From IMG/VR virus record IMGVR_UViG_3300045988_101705: a stretch of DNA of 34,706 nucleotides. One strand, 5' to 3'. This stretch comes from a virus. Both the position numbers and the translations under genes were made by a program. The notes below the pieces were generated by a model, which did no database searches, was not told where the DNA came from, and saw nothing but the letters and a program-made list of their open reading frames with translations. This document shows positions 14,239 to 23,663 of the stretch, piece after piece; positions within the stretch are counted from its first letter, which is position 1; every line of letters begins with the position of its first letter.

Positions 14239-15351
14239 TTACTGCGCGTCACACACGCACCACACGCCAATGTTGCCGTGGACGCTCCACGGGTAAACGG
14301 TGGCGCCGACCGCGCGCGAACCGTCGCGACCGCCGTGGTTCCAATGGCCGCCGCCAAGGAGCGCGCGAAGTGCGGTATTTGACGGAATATAGGCGTCACC
14401 ATAGCCCGCGCCCAGTACGTCGTACCAGTTCCACGCGGAAGCCGTAGGATCCAGACAAAATTCATCAAGCCACTTCCAAACGTTACCCACCAGATCGCGG
14501 ATATTAAGCGCCGAAATAGCGTTCGCAACATATCCCGTTTTCTGGCGTCCAGTGTTTCCGGTTGCGCTCCATGCGTAGGTGTTGTTTGCGTCCTGACCTT
14601 CCGGGGATCCTGCTGCCGCCTGACAAAATTCTGCATAGGTCGGAAGTCTCTTTCCTACGCGGCGGGCTTTCTCGTTTGCAATATACCAGTTCAGGCCTTC
14701 CGTTCCGGTGATCGGGTTCGCGTTATACTTCGACTGCAGGCCCTGACTTCCATTGTCGGAAGAAAGGTAAATATCGCCCCACAATCCATTCCCAAGGTAA
14801 ACCATGCCGGAAGGATCGTCGCACTTCGGGCGGTGCTTTGTGGTCCATACGCTGTTCGGAATAATTCCGTTGTATACGTTGCCCTGCCAACCGCTGCCGT
14901 TTTCTGTTCCGCTGCTGTTGATCGGGTTTCCAAGTGCGTTCACATAGCGACACTTTCCATAATGGAAACCACCGATCTTTCTGCTGTTGTCTGCTGTGTA
15001 CCCGGAAGGGTAAGTGGAATTTTTAGAAATTACAAAAACTTCGTCGCGGTCCACGGTGTCGGATCCGTTGGTCGGATCGCAACAATAAATATAATAGTCC
15101 GTTCCCATTTCAAACCCGGAACCAGTGTCAAGGTTTGCCGTTGTAAGGTTTGTTAATACGGTTTTGAATACAGAAGAACCGACGGCGATCAGGACGCCGG
15201 CCGCGATCGTGATCTGGTTCGGTGTGGCTGCTCCCGCTGCTGTGATATACTGCGCCTTCTGTGATACAATGTCGCTCATGGCTGACAGTTTTTCCGTGGT
15301 GATCTTTGCCTTCGTGTTCATCATTGTTTCATCATAAAGAAAAAATTTCAT
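14239..15351 (-). CDS. DGR target protein, tail-module receptor-binding candidate with FGE-sulfatase/C-type-lectin-like C-terminus (370 aa)
   Basis: C-terminal VR, a GNVWKWLDE motif (GNVWEW-type, FGE/CLec fold) and a position after the fibre genes. SD AAAGGAGAAAAACAC before ATG 15351. Confidence 0.8.
   Translation of the reverse strand: MKFFLYDETMMNTKAKITTEKLSAMSDIVSQKAQYITAAGAATPNQITIAAGVLIAVGSSVFKTVLTNLTTANLDTGSGFEMGTDYYIYCCDPTNGSDTVDRDEVFVISKNSTYPSGYTADNSRKIGGFHYGKCRYVNALGNPINSSGTENGSGWQGNVYNGIIPNSVWTTKHRPKCDDPSGMVYLGNGLWGDIYLSSDNGSQGLQSKYNANPITGTEGLNWYIANEKARRVGKRLPTYAEFCQAAAGSPEGQDANNTYAWSATGNTGRQKTGYVANAISALNIRDLVGNVWKWLDEFCLDPTASAWNWYDVLGAGYGDAYIPSNTALRALLGGGHWNHGGRDGSRAVGATVYPWSVHGNIGVWCVCDAQ
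14248..14374 (-). repeat. DGR variable repeat (VR)
   Basis: Cognate of TR. Encodes the last 42 codons (ALRALLGGGHWNHGGRDGSRAVGATVYPWSVHGNIGVWCVCD) before the final AQ-stop of the target protein. Confidence 0.9.
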
Positions 15352-15367
15352 GTGTTTTTCTCCTTTC

Positions 15368-15805
15368 TTACTGCTGCAGGTCTGCTTTGATTGCTTCCAG
15401 TTCTTCTTCCGTCATTCCTAACGTGTCGTAAACGGAAGGTGTGTTCGTGATCTTGATTGCTTCGGAACCGGCCGCGATCGTTCTCGAAAGTGTGATCTTT
15501 GTCTTTTCCTTCTCTGCCTTTCCGGATCCGTCCGGTTCTCCGTCGATATGCTCCACGCTCTGAATGGTTGCAGTTACGCCGCCGGCCGTAACCTTTGCGC
15601 CTGCTGCCGCTTCGTTGCAATATGTAACCGTCACCGTCTTTTTATCCTCTGATAATTCGCGGATCGGGCAAATAATAAAATTCTGGTTTTCGATCGCTTC
15701 GATTGCTTCCAGAAGGTCGGCCGCCTGCAACTGTCCGGCGTCCACCATGTCTTTACAGTTCTTCACGTCCTGCGCTGTTTTTAATACTTTCGGGAATCCT
15801 TTCAT
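15368..15805 (-). CDS. Hypothetical tail-module protein (145 aa)
   Basis: ORF track entry between the fibre-like gene and the DGR target. Confidence 0.6.
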   Translation of the reverse strand: MKGFPKVLKTAQDVKNCKDMVDAGQLQAADLLEAIEAIENQNFIICPIRELSEDKKTVTVTYCNEAAAGAKVTAGGVTATIQSVEHIDGEPDGSGKAEKEKTKITLSRTIAAGSEAIKITNTPSVYDTLGMTEEELEAIKADLQQ

Positions 15806-15825
15806 AGTGTCTTTTTCTCCTTTTC

Positions 15826-16893
15826 TTAATTTTTAGATACATACGCGCCAACATAGCCACCAACGGCTGCGAAAGCGTTTTTGTCGTAAATGGTGAAGTT
15901 CAACGTTTCCGTTGTCTGTGTGTGGTCCAGAACGAAGGTTTTCGGGATAATTAACAGGTTGTCGGCCTGCGGCTCTACTTTGTAGGTTCCTGGCTCTGTC
16001 AGGTAGGTTTTGCCGCCTGCTGCATACGTCGCCGTTGTAACCGTTCCGGAATTTTCGTTCGTAATGTCGATCAGGATCGCTGCCGTTTCCTTTGACTGGT
16101 TTTCAAACATGATCTTCGTTGCCAGATTTTCAAAGTTTGCCTGCAGCGCATTTACTGAAAACCACAACGCGGCCGCCGCGTCTTTCGATAACTGATCCTT
16201 GATCCGGTTGTAAAGATCCGTGAAAAGTTCTTCCTGCTGCCCCGCGTAGGTTTCAAACTGGTTTTCCATGTTGTGAAGGGCTGCCGTTCCCTGATCCTCT
16301 AAGTTCGTAATCGTGGACTGGTAGGCATTGAACTCTTCCGTGATCTGTGCCTGATACTTCTGGAAGAACGCCTGAAACTGTGCTGTGATCTGCGAAAAAT
16401 CAATTTCTTTTACGGTTGCCATTACCCACCCGCAAACGTCGGCGTTCATTCGTGTATCTGTTATATTGTCCTGCGTGATCTTGATCGCTCCGACTTCCAC
16501 CCTGATTTCTGCCAGTTTCAGATCGTGGATCGCTTCGGTCCTTGTAATTTCCGGTGCTACCGGGTTTTTGCTGAAACCGCCGGTTTCGATCAGAATATAG
16601 AAGTCGCGTTCCGTGTCGTCCCTTCGCAAGATCACGTTGTCGATACGGGCCAACGTTCCGGACGCTTTTTCAAGGGTGAAGATCTGCGCCTGTTCAAAAT
16701 GCTTTGTCTTTCCCTTGATATTTACATAGCCGCCGCCGACGCTTATATTCATACCGTCGCCCGTGGCCGTCACGGCGAAGCAATTATTAAAAACGCCTGT
16801 TGTGAAGAATGGCAAAAGCCATTCACTCATGCTGTCGGCATTGTAAACGCGGTCGCCGTTTCTGGAATTATAGAAATTCGCATACTGTCCCAT
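15826..16893 (-). CDS. Tail fibre / baseplate upper protein-like (355 aa)
   Basis: N-terminal GDRVYNADSMSEWLLPFFTTGVF motif typical of siphophage fibre/BppU-type proteins. Position after the Tal-like gene. Confidence 0.55.
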   Translation of the reverse strand: MGQYANFYNSRNGDRVYNADSMSEWLLPFFTTGVFNNCFAVTATGDGMNISVGGGYVNIKGKTKHFEQAQIFTLEKASGTLARIDNVILRRDDTERDFYILIETGGFSKNPVAPEITRTEAIHDLKLAEIRVEVGAIKITQDNITDTRMNADVCGWVMATVKEIDFSQITAQFQAFFQKYQAQITEEFNAYQSTITNLEDQGTAALHNMENQFETYAGQQEELFTDLYNRIKDQLSKDAAAALWFSVNALQANFENLATKIMFENQSKETAAILIDITNENSGTVTTATYAAGGKTYLTEPGTYKVEPQADNLLIIPKTFVLDHTQTTETLNFTIYDKNAFAAVGGYVGAYVSKN

Positions 16894-17937
16894 TTATTTG
16901 TCGCTCCAATCTATTTTTTCGGGTAATGCGTCGCCCATGGTCGGTACTACATACATTCCCCCGTACTCATATACTTCTTGAAGTTCTGTGATCCTCTGGT
17001 TTAATACGATCCCCCATTTCTTTTTCTTTACCGTCACAATATCCCCCAAGTCGTAATGTGTTTTATATTTGAAATTTATGTCCGCTTCGGTTTCGCACTC
17101 CACACTTTCAGAAACAACATTCGCCGCTAATGTTTCCCGGCCGCGTTGTGCCAGTGCTGCTTTGTATGCTGCGTCTGTCAATCCTTCGCTTTGAATGTCC
17201 TTCGCGTCCACGAAAATTTCCCGAAGATCTAACCCGGTGCCGCCGCCAACTTCCACATATACGCGGGCGGCTCCTTCGCCTTCCCCGCCGACGATCGCTT
17301 TTGTCCTGTACTGTTGATCGTTATATTTATAAATAACGTTGTTTAGGTTGTTGTAACTCTCCGAAAAGATAACGCGGGAATTGATACCCTGCGCCGTGGT
17401 CCTGTCGGTCCCTTTGTAGGTTTCAAATATAATTTTCCTGTTCCGGAAGTCTGGCCGGAAGCGATAACCGATCGTTCCGGCCTTTGCCAGTTTTGTTTCG
17501 TAGGTCATAAGGTTTTTCATAGTCGCTTGAAACTCTACTGTTTCCGTGAAACCATTTAAGGTTCCCAACTCCACAAGCGGGATCGCCGTCACTCCTGAAA
17601 GAAGGTTCCTCATGGCAACTTCTATTTTCCCGGAAAAATTCACGGTTGATTTTATCAGGCGTCGATCCATGTAGGACGAAAGAAAGCGGCCTTTTGCTGT
17701 GATCTCGTTTTTCAGATCGCTTTCTTCGTTCTCTATGTCTTCAATCACTCCCGCTTCGCTGCTGCCACGTTTGGAAATAATGTTTCCTTTTGCCAGTAAG
17801 CGAAGGTTTTGTTCTGTGATCGGGGCGTGGATCTCGAAATTTCCCGGTTCGTAATATTTCCGTGTCCAGATCAAAGAAGTGTGGTTTTCGATCACTCCCT
17901 TGAAATTCAGATCGCGATCGTAAATTCTTACTTCCAT
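16894..17937 (-). CDS. Tail-associated (Tal / Sipho_Gp37-like) protein (347 aa)
   Basis: The N-terminus MEVRIYDRDLNFKGVIENHTSLIWTRKYYEPGNFEIH resembles Gp37-like minor structural proteins. Located after Dit. Confidence 0.55.
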   Translation of the reverse strand: MEVRIYDRDLNFKGVIENHTSLIWTRKYYEPGNFEIHAPITEQNLRLLAKGNIISKRGSSEAGVIEDIENEESDLKNEITAKGRFLSSYMDRRLIKSTVNFSGKIEVAMRNLLSGVTAIPLVELGTLNGFTETVEFQATMKNLMTYETKLAKAGTIGYRFRPDFRNRKIIFETYKGTDRTTAQGINSRVIFSESYNNLNNVIYKYNDQQYRTKAIVGGEGEGAARVYVEVGGGTGLDLREIFVDAKDIQSEGLTDAAYKAALAQRGRETLAANVVSESVECETEADINFKYKTHYDLGDIVTVKKKKWGIVLNQRITELQEVYEYGGMYVVPTMGDALPEKIDWSDK

Positions 17938-17938
17938 A

Positions 17939-18811
17939 TCACACCCCCAGATAACGGAACCTGTAAGAAACGGTAACGTTCAGGTAATCTTCGCCGGCGT
18001 CTGCCGTATATCGGATCGTGTTTGTTCCATGCTGCAACTGTATAAAGTCGCTGTCTTCGTCCAGATACTCGTTGATCTCCTGTTTTACGCCGTCCCTTAC
18101 AAGGTACACCGCTTTGTTATTTGTTTCTGTGGTAATAATCACCACGTCGCCGGCATTGATAGAAAAGGATCTGACTTCGTTTCCGATCTTGATAAATTCG
18201 CCGCTTTCTGCATGATATACGGCCGGGTTTATTACCGGTCCTTCCGCTTCCAGTGTGACGGTTATTCCGATATTGTCCGCAGCGCTGTCGTTCTCGATCT
18301 CTTTCAATACTTCGGCCGTTCTTTCCGCGAACGGCTCTTTCTCTTCCAGAAATTCGTGTGGCCATTCAAAAAGGCCCGTCCAACTTGCCATAGATACGGA
18401 AATATCTTCAAGATCCCGGAAGAACGGATCCGGGCAAAGAAGGGAAATACTGAAATTTCTAACCACTCCCGCTTCGTCAATGTCGATCCCTTCCACTTTG
18501 TAGTCAATCACGCGGGTTTCGTTGCCTTCTATGTAGGTGAAAAGGCCGGTTGACTTCGGTTTGAAGCATTTGTAAAGTAGATCCCTGTTTGCCTGATAGT
18601 CTCGTTCCATTTGTGCCGTTATTACAATGTTTCTTTGTTTTGTTGTGCTTCCCTGATACGTGGAACCGTCCACCATGGTATTTTCCGACGTTACAACGTT
18701 ATTCGACACCGTGTAAATACCGTCTACCGATACAAGGAAGAACGGTTCAAAGGAATAGTTAAATTCCACTTGAACCCCGTCTTCATTCTTGCAAATAATT
18801 CTTTTCGCCAT
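17939..18811 (-). CDS. Distal tail protein (Dit-like, 290 aa)
   Basis: Position immediately downstream of the tape measure gene, and size. Confidence 0.6.
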   Translation of the reverse strand: MAKRIICKNEDGVQVEFNYSFEPFFLVSVDGIYTVSNNVVTSENTMVDGSTYQGSTTKQRNIVITAQMERDYQANRDLLYKCFKPKSTGLFTYIEGNETRVIDYKVEGIDIDEAGVVRNFSISLLCPDPFFRDLEDISVSMASWTGLFEWPHEFLEEKEPFAERTAEVLKEIENDSAADNIGITVTLEAEGPVINPAVYHAESGEFIKIGNEVRSFSINAGDVVIITTETNNKAVYLVRDGVKQEINEYLDEDSDFIQLQHGTNTIRYTADAGEDYLNVTVSYRFRYLGV

Positions 18812-18814
18812 TTA

Positions 18815-21706
18815 TCAACCCCCCTGTAACTGTAAAACCATGTTTCGGGTTGCGTTTCGTGTCTGGCGGGCTGTCTCATACGGCGAAAGGGCCTTCGGGC
18901 TTGTAATGTTGACATTCTGAACAAAACTTTTCCCGCCGCCTTCTGCTGTTTCAAGTGCCGTATTCCTTGCCGAAGCCGTAAGCGGTGTTACAACCGCTTC
19001 GCCGTTCACCATCTGGATCAACTCCGGGCCTGCTTCTGCCATAATGGCTTGACCGTTTTTCAAAACGCCGCCCTTTGCCAGACGCGGAAGTGATACTTCG
19101 CCAACGTGTCCGATACTTACGCCCGGAATATCGTTGATAACGTCGATCGCGCCGTTAATGAAGCTGATCGCCTTATTCACCGCACGTTCTGCGGTTGCAA
19201 GGGCGTTGTTCATGGCTGACTTGAAGGCGCCGCCGATTGCTTCACCGATATTTGTTCCGACATTTGTAAAAATGCCCTTGATCGTGTTCCAGATCCCCGA
19301 AAAGAAGGATCCAATATTGCTAAACACGTTTTTAATATTCGTGTATGCTTCCGTGAATTTTGTGTAAAACCATGATCCAACCGTTGAAAATACGGACTTA
19401 ATATCTGTGTATCTATCGTTGAACCACTGGCCGATCGCGGAAAATACGTTTTTCACGTTCGTATAGGCATTTTGAAACATGGTTTGAAACCACGTCGCCA
19501 CGGTTGACAGGGCGTTTTTAATGTCCGTCCACCTGGCCGCGAACCACTGGCCGATCCCCGAAAAGATCGTTGTTATTGCCGTGTAGGCTGCGCGGAACTT
19601 GTCCGCAAACCACGCGCCGACGCCCGAAAAGATCGAAACAATCCCGGACCATATATCAGAGAAAATTTTCTTCACATTGACGCCGAACGTCTGAAAGAAT
19701 GTGATTATATAATTCACTACCGCCGTTATAAGATTTTTCACAATCTCAATCAGGTTTTTCAGTGCTGCTTCTATGTACTGGCTGAACCCGTCCAGATCGC
19801 CCCGGAATAGTGCCATAAATGCGCTAATAATGTTACTTACAAAGTCGATCGCATTTTTCACCGCTGAAACGATCGGCGCTACTGCTGAAAGTGCGCCCTG
19901 TATCACCGCCATAACGTAGGTCGTGAAAAACTGGAATACAGGCTTCAATTTTTCCATTAAATTTTTGAAACTTTCGCCCAACTGCTGCAAGATCGGTTTT
20001 ATTTTCTCGATTGTTTCCGAAACGCTCTTTTTAATCTCTGCGAAGGCTTTATCTACCATTTCGCGGAACCAGTCGCACTTCTTATACATCAATACGAAGC
20101 CCGCCACAAGCGCCACCACGGCCGCGACAACGGCCCCGATCGGGTTTGCTGATAAAATAGCCCACAAGCCTTTCCCGGCCGTTCCTGCCGCCTTGAATAC
20201 GCCCGATATTTTAGAAAATGCCCCGATCGCCTTCGATACTCCCGAAGAAAGTTTCCCGAAAATAATTAAAGCCGGCCCGATCGCTGCCACTACCGCGCCA
20301 ATCTTTACGATCGTTTCCTTCTGCGTGTCGTTCAGGTTCTTAAACCACTGTGAAAAGGCTTTTACCTTTTTCACCACGCGTTCCAGAGCTGGCGTTGCTG
20401 TCTGCATTAAGGTATTTCCAAGATCTGCGCCTGCTACTTTCAAATTGTTAAGCGCAACTTTTGCCTGATCTGGCGGATCCAGTGTCGCGTTGAATGTGTC
20501 TTCGACTACGTTTCCGTAATCTGATAAGGCGCCGGAAAGATCGTCGATAGAAAGGCGGCCTTCCCTGATCGCCTGCGTCATTTCTGCGGCGCCCTTCTTT
20601 CCGAATAACTCCGTCGCTGCCTGCAGTGCGTCTGTTTCGCTGCTTGCGTTTTTGATCTTCTCGATCGTTTCGCCCAGTGCGTCTTTTAGATCCTTTCCGT
20701 CCGCTGTCGCGTTCTGCTGCGCCTTCTTCAATCCTGCAAGCGCTGTTGTGGCGTCCACGCCGTTCGCTTCAAACTGTGCAAGTAAATTTACCGAAGACGT
20801 GAGATCAAGGCCCATTTCCTTTAATGTGGCGCCGTTGGTCTGTAATGTATTCTGCAGCGTGTCCATGGAAATTCCCGTGTCTTGCCCTGCTTTTGTAAGA
20901 AGGCCCAACACTTCGCCGGTGTGGCTGCTGTCAACGCCGAATTTCGTCATTATGGCGTCTACGCTGTCGATCGCGCCGTTTAAGTCCGTTCCGTTGATCT
21001 CTGAAAACTGAATGAATTTTGAAGAAAGGTCTTCAAGTTCTTTTCCGGTAGAACCGAAGCGGGTGTTTACCTCTCCGATCGCAATTCCGGCCGTTTCCGC
21101 TTCTGTTGGAAGCGAAGTAAAAACGGCGTCCATACTGTCTTGTAAGCCGTCCAACGCTTCCCCAGAAGCGCCCGTTTTTGTTATGATCGTATCGTAACCG
21201 GCGTCTAATTCATTAAATGCCGCGATCGAAGCGGTCCCGATCCCTGCGATCGCTCCTGTCACTGGAAGAAGTTTCTTTCCCAGTGCTTCGGACTTTTCGC
21301 CAATCTTTCCGGCGATCTCTCCCACCTTTTCAAGTGTTGAATTGCTGTCCTCTGCTGCCGTTTTCAGGTTTTTCAGGTCTGCTTCTGTCTTTACGATCTC
21401 TCTTTGCAAAGCCCGGTACTGTTCTTCCGACACTTCGCCGTTTTCAAACTGCTTCTGAACCTGTGCTTCTGCCGACTTCAAAACGTCCAGTTTTTCAGAA
21501 GTAGCGGCCACGGCTTCTTTTAGAAGCGTCTGTTTCTGTGCCAGAAGTTCCGTATTTTTCGGATCCAGTTTCAGGCCTTTTTCGACTTCTTTTAATTCTT
21601 TCTGCAGATCGCGCGACTGTTTATTGACGCCCGAAAGGGCTTTATCTAACTTCGTAGTGTCGCCGCCGATCTCAATGGTAATTCCTTTTATTGTGCTTGC
21701 TGCCAC
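18815..21706 (-). CDS. Tail tape measure protein (963 aa)
   Basis: Largest ORF, with a coiled-coil N-terminus, TM-like central block and repeated FSxIGxWF units. GTG start. Confidence 0.9.
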   Translation of the reverse strand: MAASTIKGITIEIGGDTTKLDKALSGVNKQSRDLQKELKEVEKGLKLDPKNTELLAQKQTLLKEAVAATSEKLDVLKSAEAQVQKQFENGEVSEEQYRALQREIVKTEADLKNLKTAAEDSNSTLEKVGEIAGKIGEKSEALGKKLLPVTGAIAGIGTASIAAFNELDAGYDTIITKTGASGEALDGLQDSMDAVFTSLPTEAETAGIAIGEVNTRFGSTGKELEDLSSKFIQFSEINGTDLNGAIDSVDAIMTKFGVDSSHTGEVLGLLTKAGQDTGISMDTLQNTLQTNGATLKEMGLDLTSSVNLLAQFEANGVDATTALAGLKKAQQNATADGKDLKDALGETIEKIKNASSETDALQAATELFGKKGAAEMTQAIREGRLSIDDLSGALSDYGNVVEDTFNATLDPPDQAKVALNNLKVAGADLGNTLMQTATPALERVVKKVKAFSQWFKNLNDTQKETIVKIGAVVAAIGPALIIFGKLSSGVSKAIGAFSKISGVFKAAGTAGKGLWAILSANPIGAVVAAVVALVAGFVLMYKKCDWFREMVDKAFAEIKKSVSETIEKIKPILQQLGESFKNLMEKLKPVFQFFTTYVMAVIQGALSAVAPIVSAVKNAIDFVSNIISAFMALFRGDLDGFSQYIEAALKNLIEIVKNLITAVVNYIITFFQTFGVNVKKIFSDIWSGIVSIFSGVGAWFADKFRAAYTAITTIFSGIGQWFAARWTDIKNALSTVATWFQTMFQNAYTNVKNVFSAIGQWFNDRYTDIKSVFSTVGSWFYTKFTEAYTNIKNVFSNIGSFFSGIWNTIKGIFTNVGTNIGEAIGGAFKSAMNNALATAERAVNKAISFINGAIDVINDIPGVSIGHVGEVSLPRLAKGGVLKNGQAIMAEAGPELIQMVNGEAVVTPLTASARNTALETAEGGGKSFVQNVNITSPKALSPYETARQTRNATRNMVLQLQGG

Positions 21707-21709
21707 CTG

Positions 21710-22317
21710 CTATTCACCGCCCCTTCGTTTGAACTTCTCGCGAATGGCCTTTCGGTCCGGTTCTGTTTGTGAAATTCGCCAACAATTTTCAAGGTATTTT
21801 CTGCCTTCCTTTGTCTGGTTCATTTCGTGAATAAACGCTTCGCGCATGAAGAAAAGGTATAGATCAAGGTCCAGTTCTTGCACCTGCCATATATTCAAAC
21901 CGGTGTAGTCAATCACCAGTTTTTCGCCGCGTGTGAGTGTTTTATAATACACCCCTTCGTTATCCCCGCCGGGATAGAAGGGGATCTTTAGTTTGGGTTA
22001 TTCTTTACGCCGCCCGCGAACTCCATGTAAGCGTCGATCAGCGCTTCCATTTCCTCGGTGTCGTAATCGTCCGTGATCTCTTTCGTCGTCACCTGCTCCC
22101 CGGTCATATTGTGGGAAAGAATTTCGGCGCAAAGGCCGCCCAGTGTGTCCATGGCGTCTTCTGCCGTCATGCTGTCCGTGTCCATTTCCTGCAGCGCTGA
22201 CAGTTTTTCAAACGTCTTTTTCATAGGCATTTTCACGATCAGTTTTCTATTGTCTTTCAGTGTTACGGTCATGAATGAACGCTTCACCTTGTTAAAATCA
22301 AAGCTTAAATTCGCCAC
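21710..22317 (-). CDS. Tail assembly chaperone G-T fusion made by -1 programmed frameshift
   Basis: The -1 frame is open from 21997 through the 21710..21952 ORF. The slip site C_CCA_AAC lies directly before the G stop codon. Confidence 0.7.
21988..22317 (-). CDS. Tail assembly chaperone G (109 aa)
   Basis: Position between the major tail and tape measure genes. Ends just after the slippery heptamer. Confidence 0.75.
   Translation of the reverse strand: MANLSFDFNKVKRSFMTVTLKDNRKLIVKMPMKKTFEKLSALQEMDTDSMTAEDAMDTLGGLCAEILSHNMTGEQVTTKEITDDYDTEEMEALIDAYMEFAGGVKNNPN
21991..21997 (-). promoter_or_regulatory. -1 frameshift slippery heptamer CCCAAAC
   Basis: X_XXY_YYZ pattern in the G frame (CCA AAC), followed directly by TAA. 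Confidence 0.7.
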
Positions 22318-22384
22318 GCTAATTTCTCCTTTCTACTAAATAACGGCAAGGCGTACCCGCCGCCCTGCCGTTATGGTTTTGCTT

Positions 22385-22936
22385 TTATACTGCTGCTGCT
22401 TCGCTCTCTGTCATTTCCTCTTCGTACATAAGAAGGGTTCCTTCTTCGTCCATAGGAAGGGCTGTGATCTCTTCGTCCACAACGGTTTCTTTGTCTTTCT
22501 CGAAAGATATTGTAAAGCCCGCCTGATTGTTTCCGACGATCATTACCCAAATATCGCCGTCCACCGCGTCTTTGTGGTGAAGACAAATAACATAGCGCGC
22601 GCCCTGTCTGTTGTCGATACCACCGATCTTTACAGTGCGGCGTTTCTTCGCCTTGTCTTCTGTAACTCTGGCGGTGTCGCAAAGGTATTTGAACTTGTTC
22701 CCGTCAAAGGTCATAATTCCCGTTTTCAGGGTTACTTCCTCTTCTGTTACGATCGTTTTGCTCTTCTTTCCAGTGTCGTCCTTTGCGGTGTAGAAAGAAG
22801 GTTTGTATTCCACGGACGCGCCGCCGGAAATATAGGCCATTAAATTTTCAGGCTTGCAAATATCTGCAGTCACCGGAACGGTCGAACCGTCGAAGGCCTG
22901 AATATACACATCAGCGCTTCCAAGAATTATTCTTTC
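22385..22936 (-). CDS. Major tail protein (183 aa)
   Basis: Position upstream of the chaperones. Start MERIILGSADVYIQ preceded by GAAAGGAGAACAGAGC. Confidence 0.7.
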   Translation of the reverse strand, partial: ERIILGSADVYIQAFDGSTVPVTADICKPENLMAYISGGASVEYKPSFYTAKDDTGKKSKTIVTEEEVTLKTGIMTFDGNKFKYLCDTARVTEDKAKKRRTVKIGGIDNRQGARYVICLHHKDAVDGDIWVMIVGNNQAGFTISFEKDKETVVDEEITALPMDEEGTLLMYEEEMTESEAAAV

Positions 22937-22953
22937 CATGCTCTGTTCTCCTT

Positions 22954-23292
22954 TCATTTTTTCTGTGTGATCGTGAAGTCGTAGGCCGTCTGTGTTGTGT
23001 CTTCCTGTGGTATCTGTGCTTGATACTTCCGAAACTCAACGTCGAACAAAACCTTTTCTTCGATCTGTTTTTCCAGATCCGGATCTGCTTTTCTCTCTGT
23101 GTAAAGTTCCAGTGATCCTTCAATCTCCCGGATCCGGTTTTTGGTATCGTCGCCCCGCTGCCTTTCCGTGGAAAGGTACACAAGAAACGGGGGATCCGGT
23201 ACCGGTTTTTTATTTGTTGCCGTGAACTGATTTCGCGCAATCGGAAGGCCTAACCCTTCGGCGCGTTTTATGATTTCTTCAAACGTCGTCAC
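22954..23292 (-). CDS. Tail completion / head-tail joining protein (112 aa)
   Basis: Synteny only. Confidence 0.5.
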   Translation of the reverse strand: MTTFEEIIKRAEGLGLPIARNQFTATNKKPVPDPPFLVYLSTERQRGDDTKNRIREIEGSLELYTERKADPDLEKQIEEKVLFDVEFRKYQAQIPQEDTTQTAYDFTITQKK

Positions 23293-23663
23293 CTTCCGAT
23301 CGCTCCTTTCACTTTGTCTTCAAATTCTGCCGCGGCTTTTTCCTCTACCGGGCGAATATGTTCGATCGCTTTTACTCTGCGTCCGTCGCGGCCGACGTGT
23401 CCTTTTTCAAGAAGGTGTGTCAACTGATAATCGGTCTTGTTGTAAACCGTGTTTCGTTTGGAACTCTTGCTTTCGTAAGTGTTCTTTTTGGCCCACCCCT
23501 TCGCATAAGAACCAGTTAAAACCGGGCTTGTGCTTTTCAACTCCTGAACGGCTTCTTCGGCCACTTCGTCGGTTGCTTTTTTGATCGCGTCCGCTACTTC
23601 CTGCGAATACTCGCTAAGCCCCTGCGCCAATTCCTGCGCAAGTTCACTAACCTTTATACCCAC
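23289..23663 (-). CDS. HK97 gp10-family tail component (124 aa)
   Basis: Synteny plus a typical ...GHVGRDGRRVKAIEHIRPVEE... C-terminal region. Confidence 0.55.
   Translation of the reverse strand: MGIKVSELAQELAQGLSEYSQEVADAIKKATDEVAEEAVQELKSTSPVLTGSYAKGWAKKNTYESKSSKRNTVYNKTDYQLTHLLEKGHVGRDGRRVKAIEHIRPVEEKAAAEFEDKVKGAIGR

Noticed and set aside
19280-19700. Repeated FSxIGxWF-type units in the tape measure protein as a distinct repeat element.
   Set aside because: Periodic aromatic repeats are a normal feature of tape measure proteins. The DNA copies are diverged and nothing suggests a separate function.
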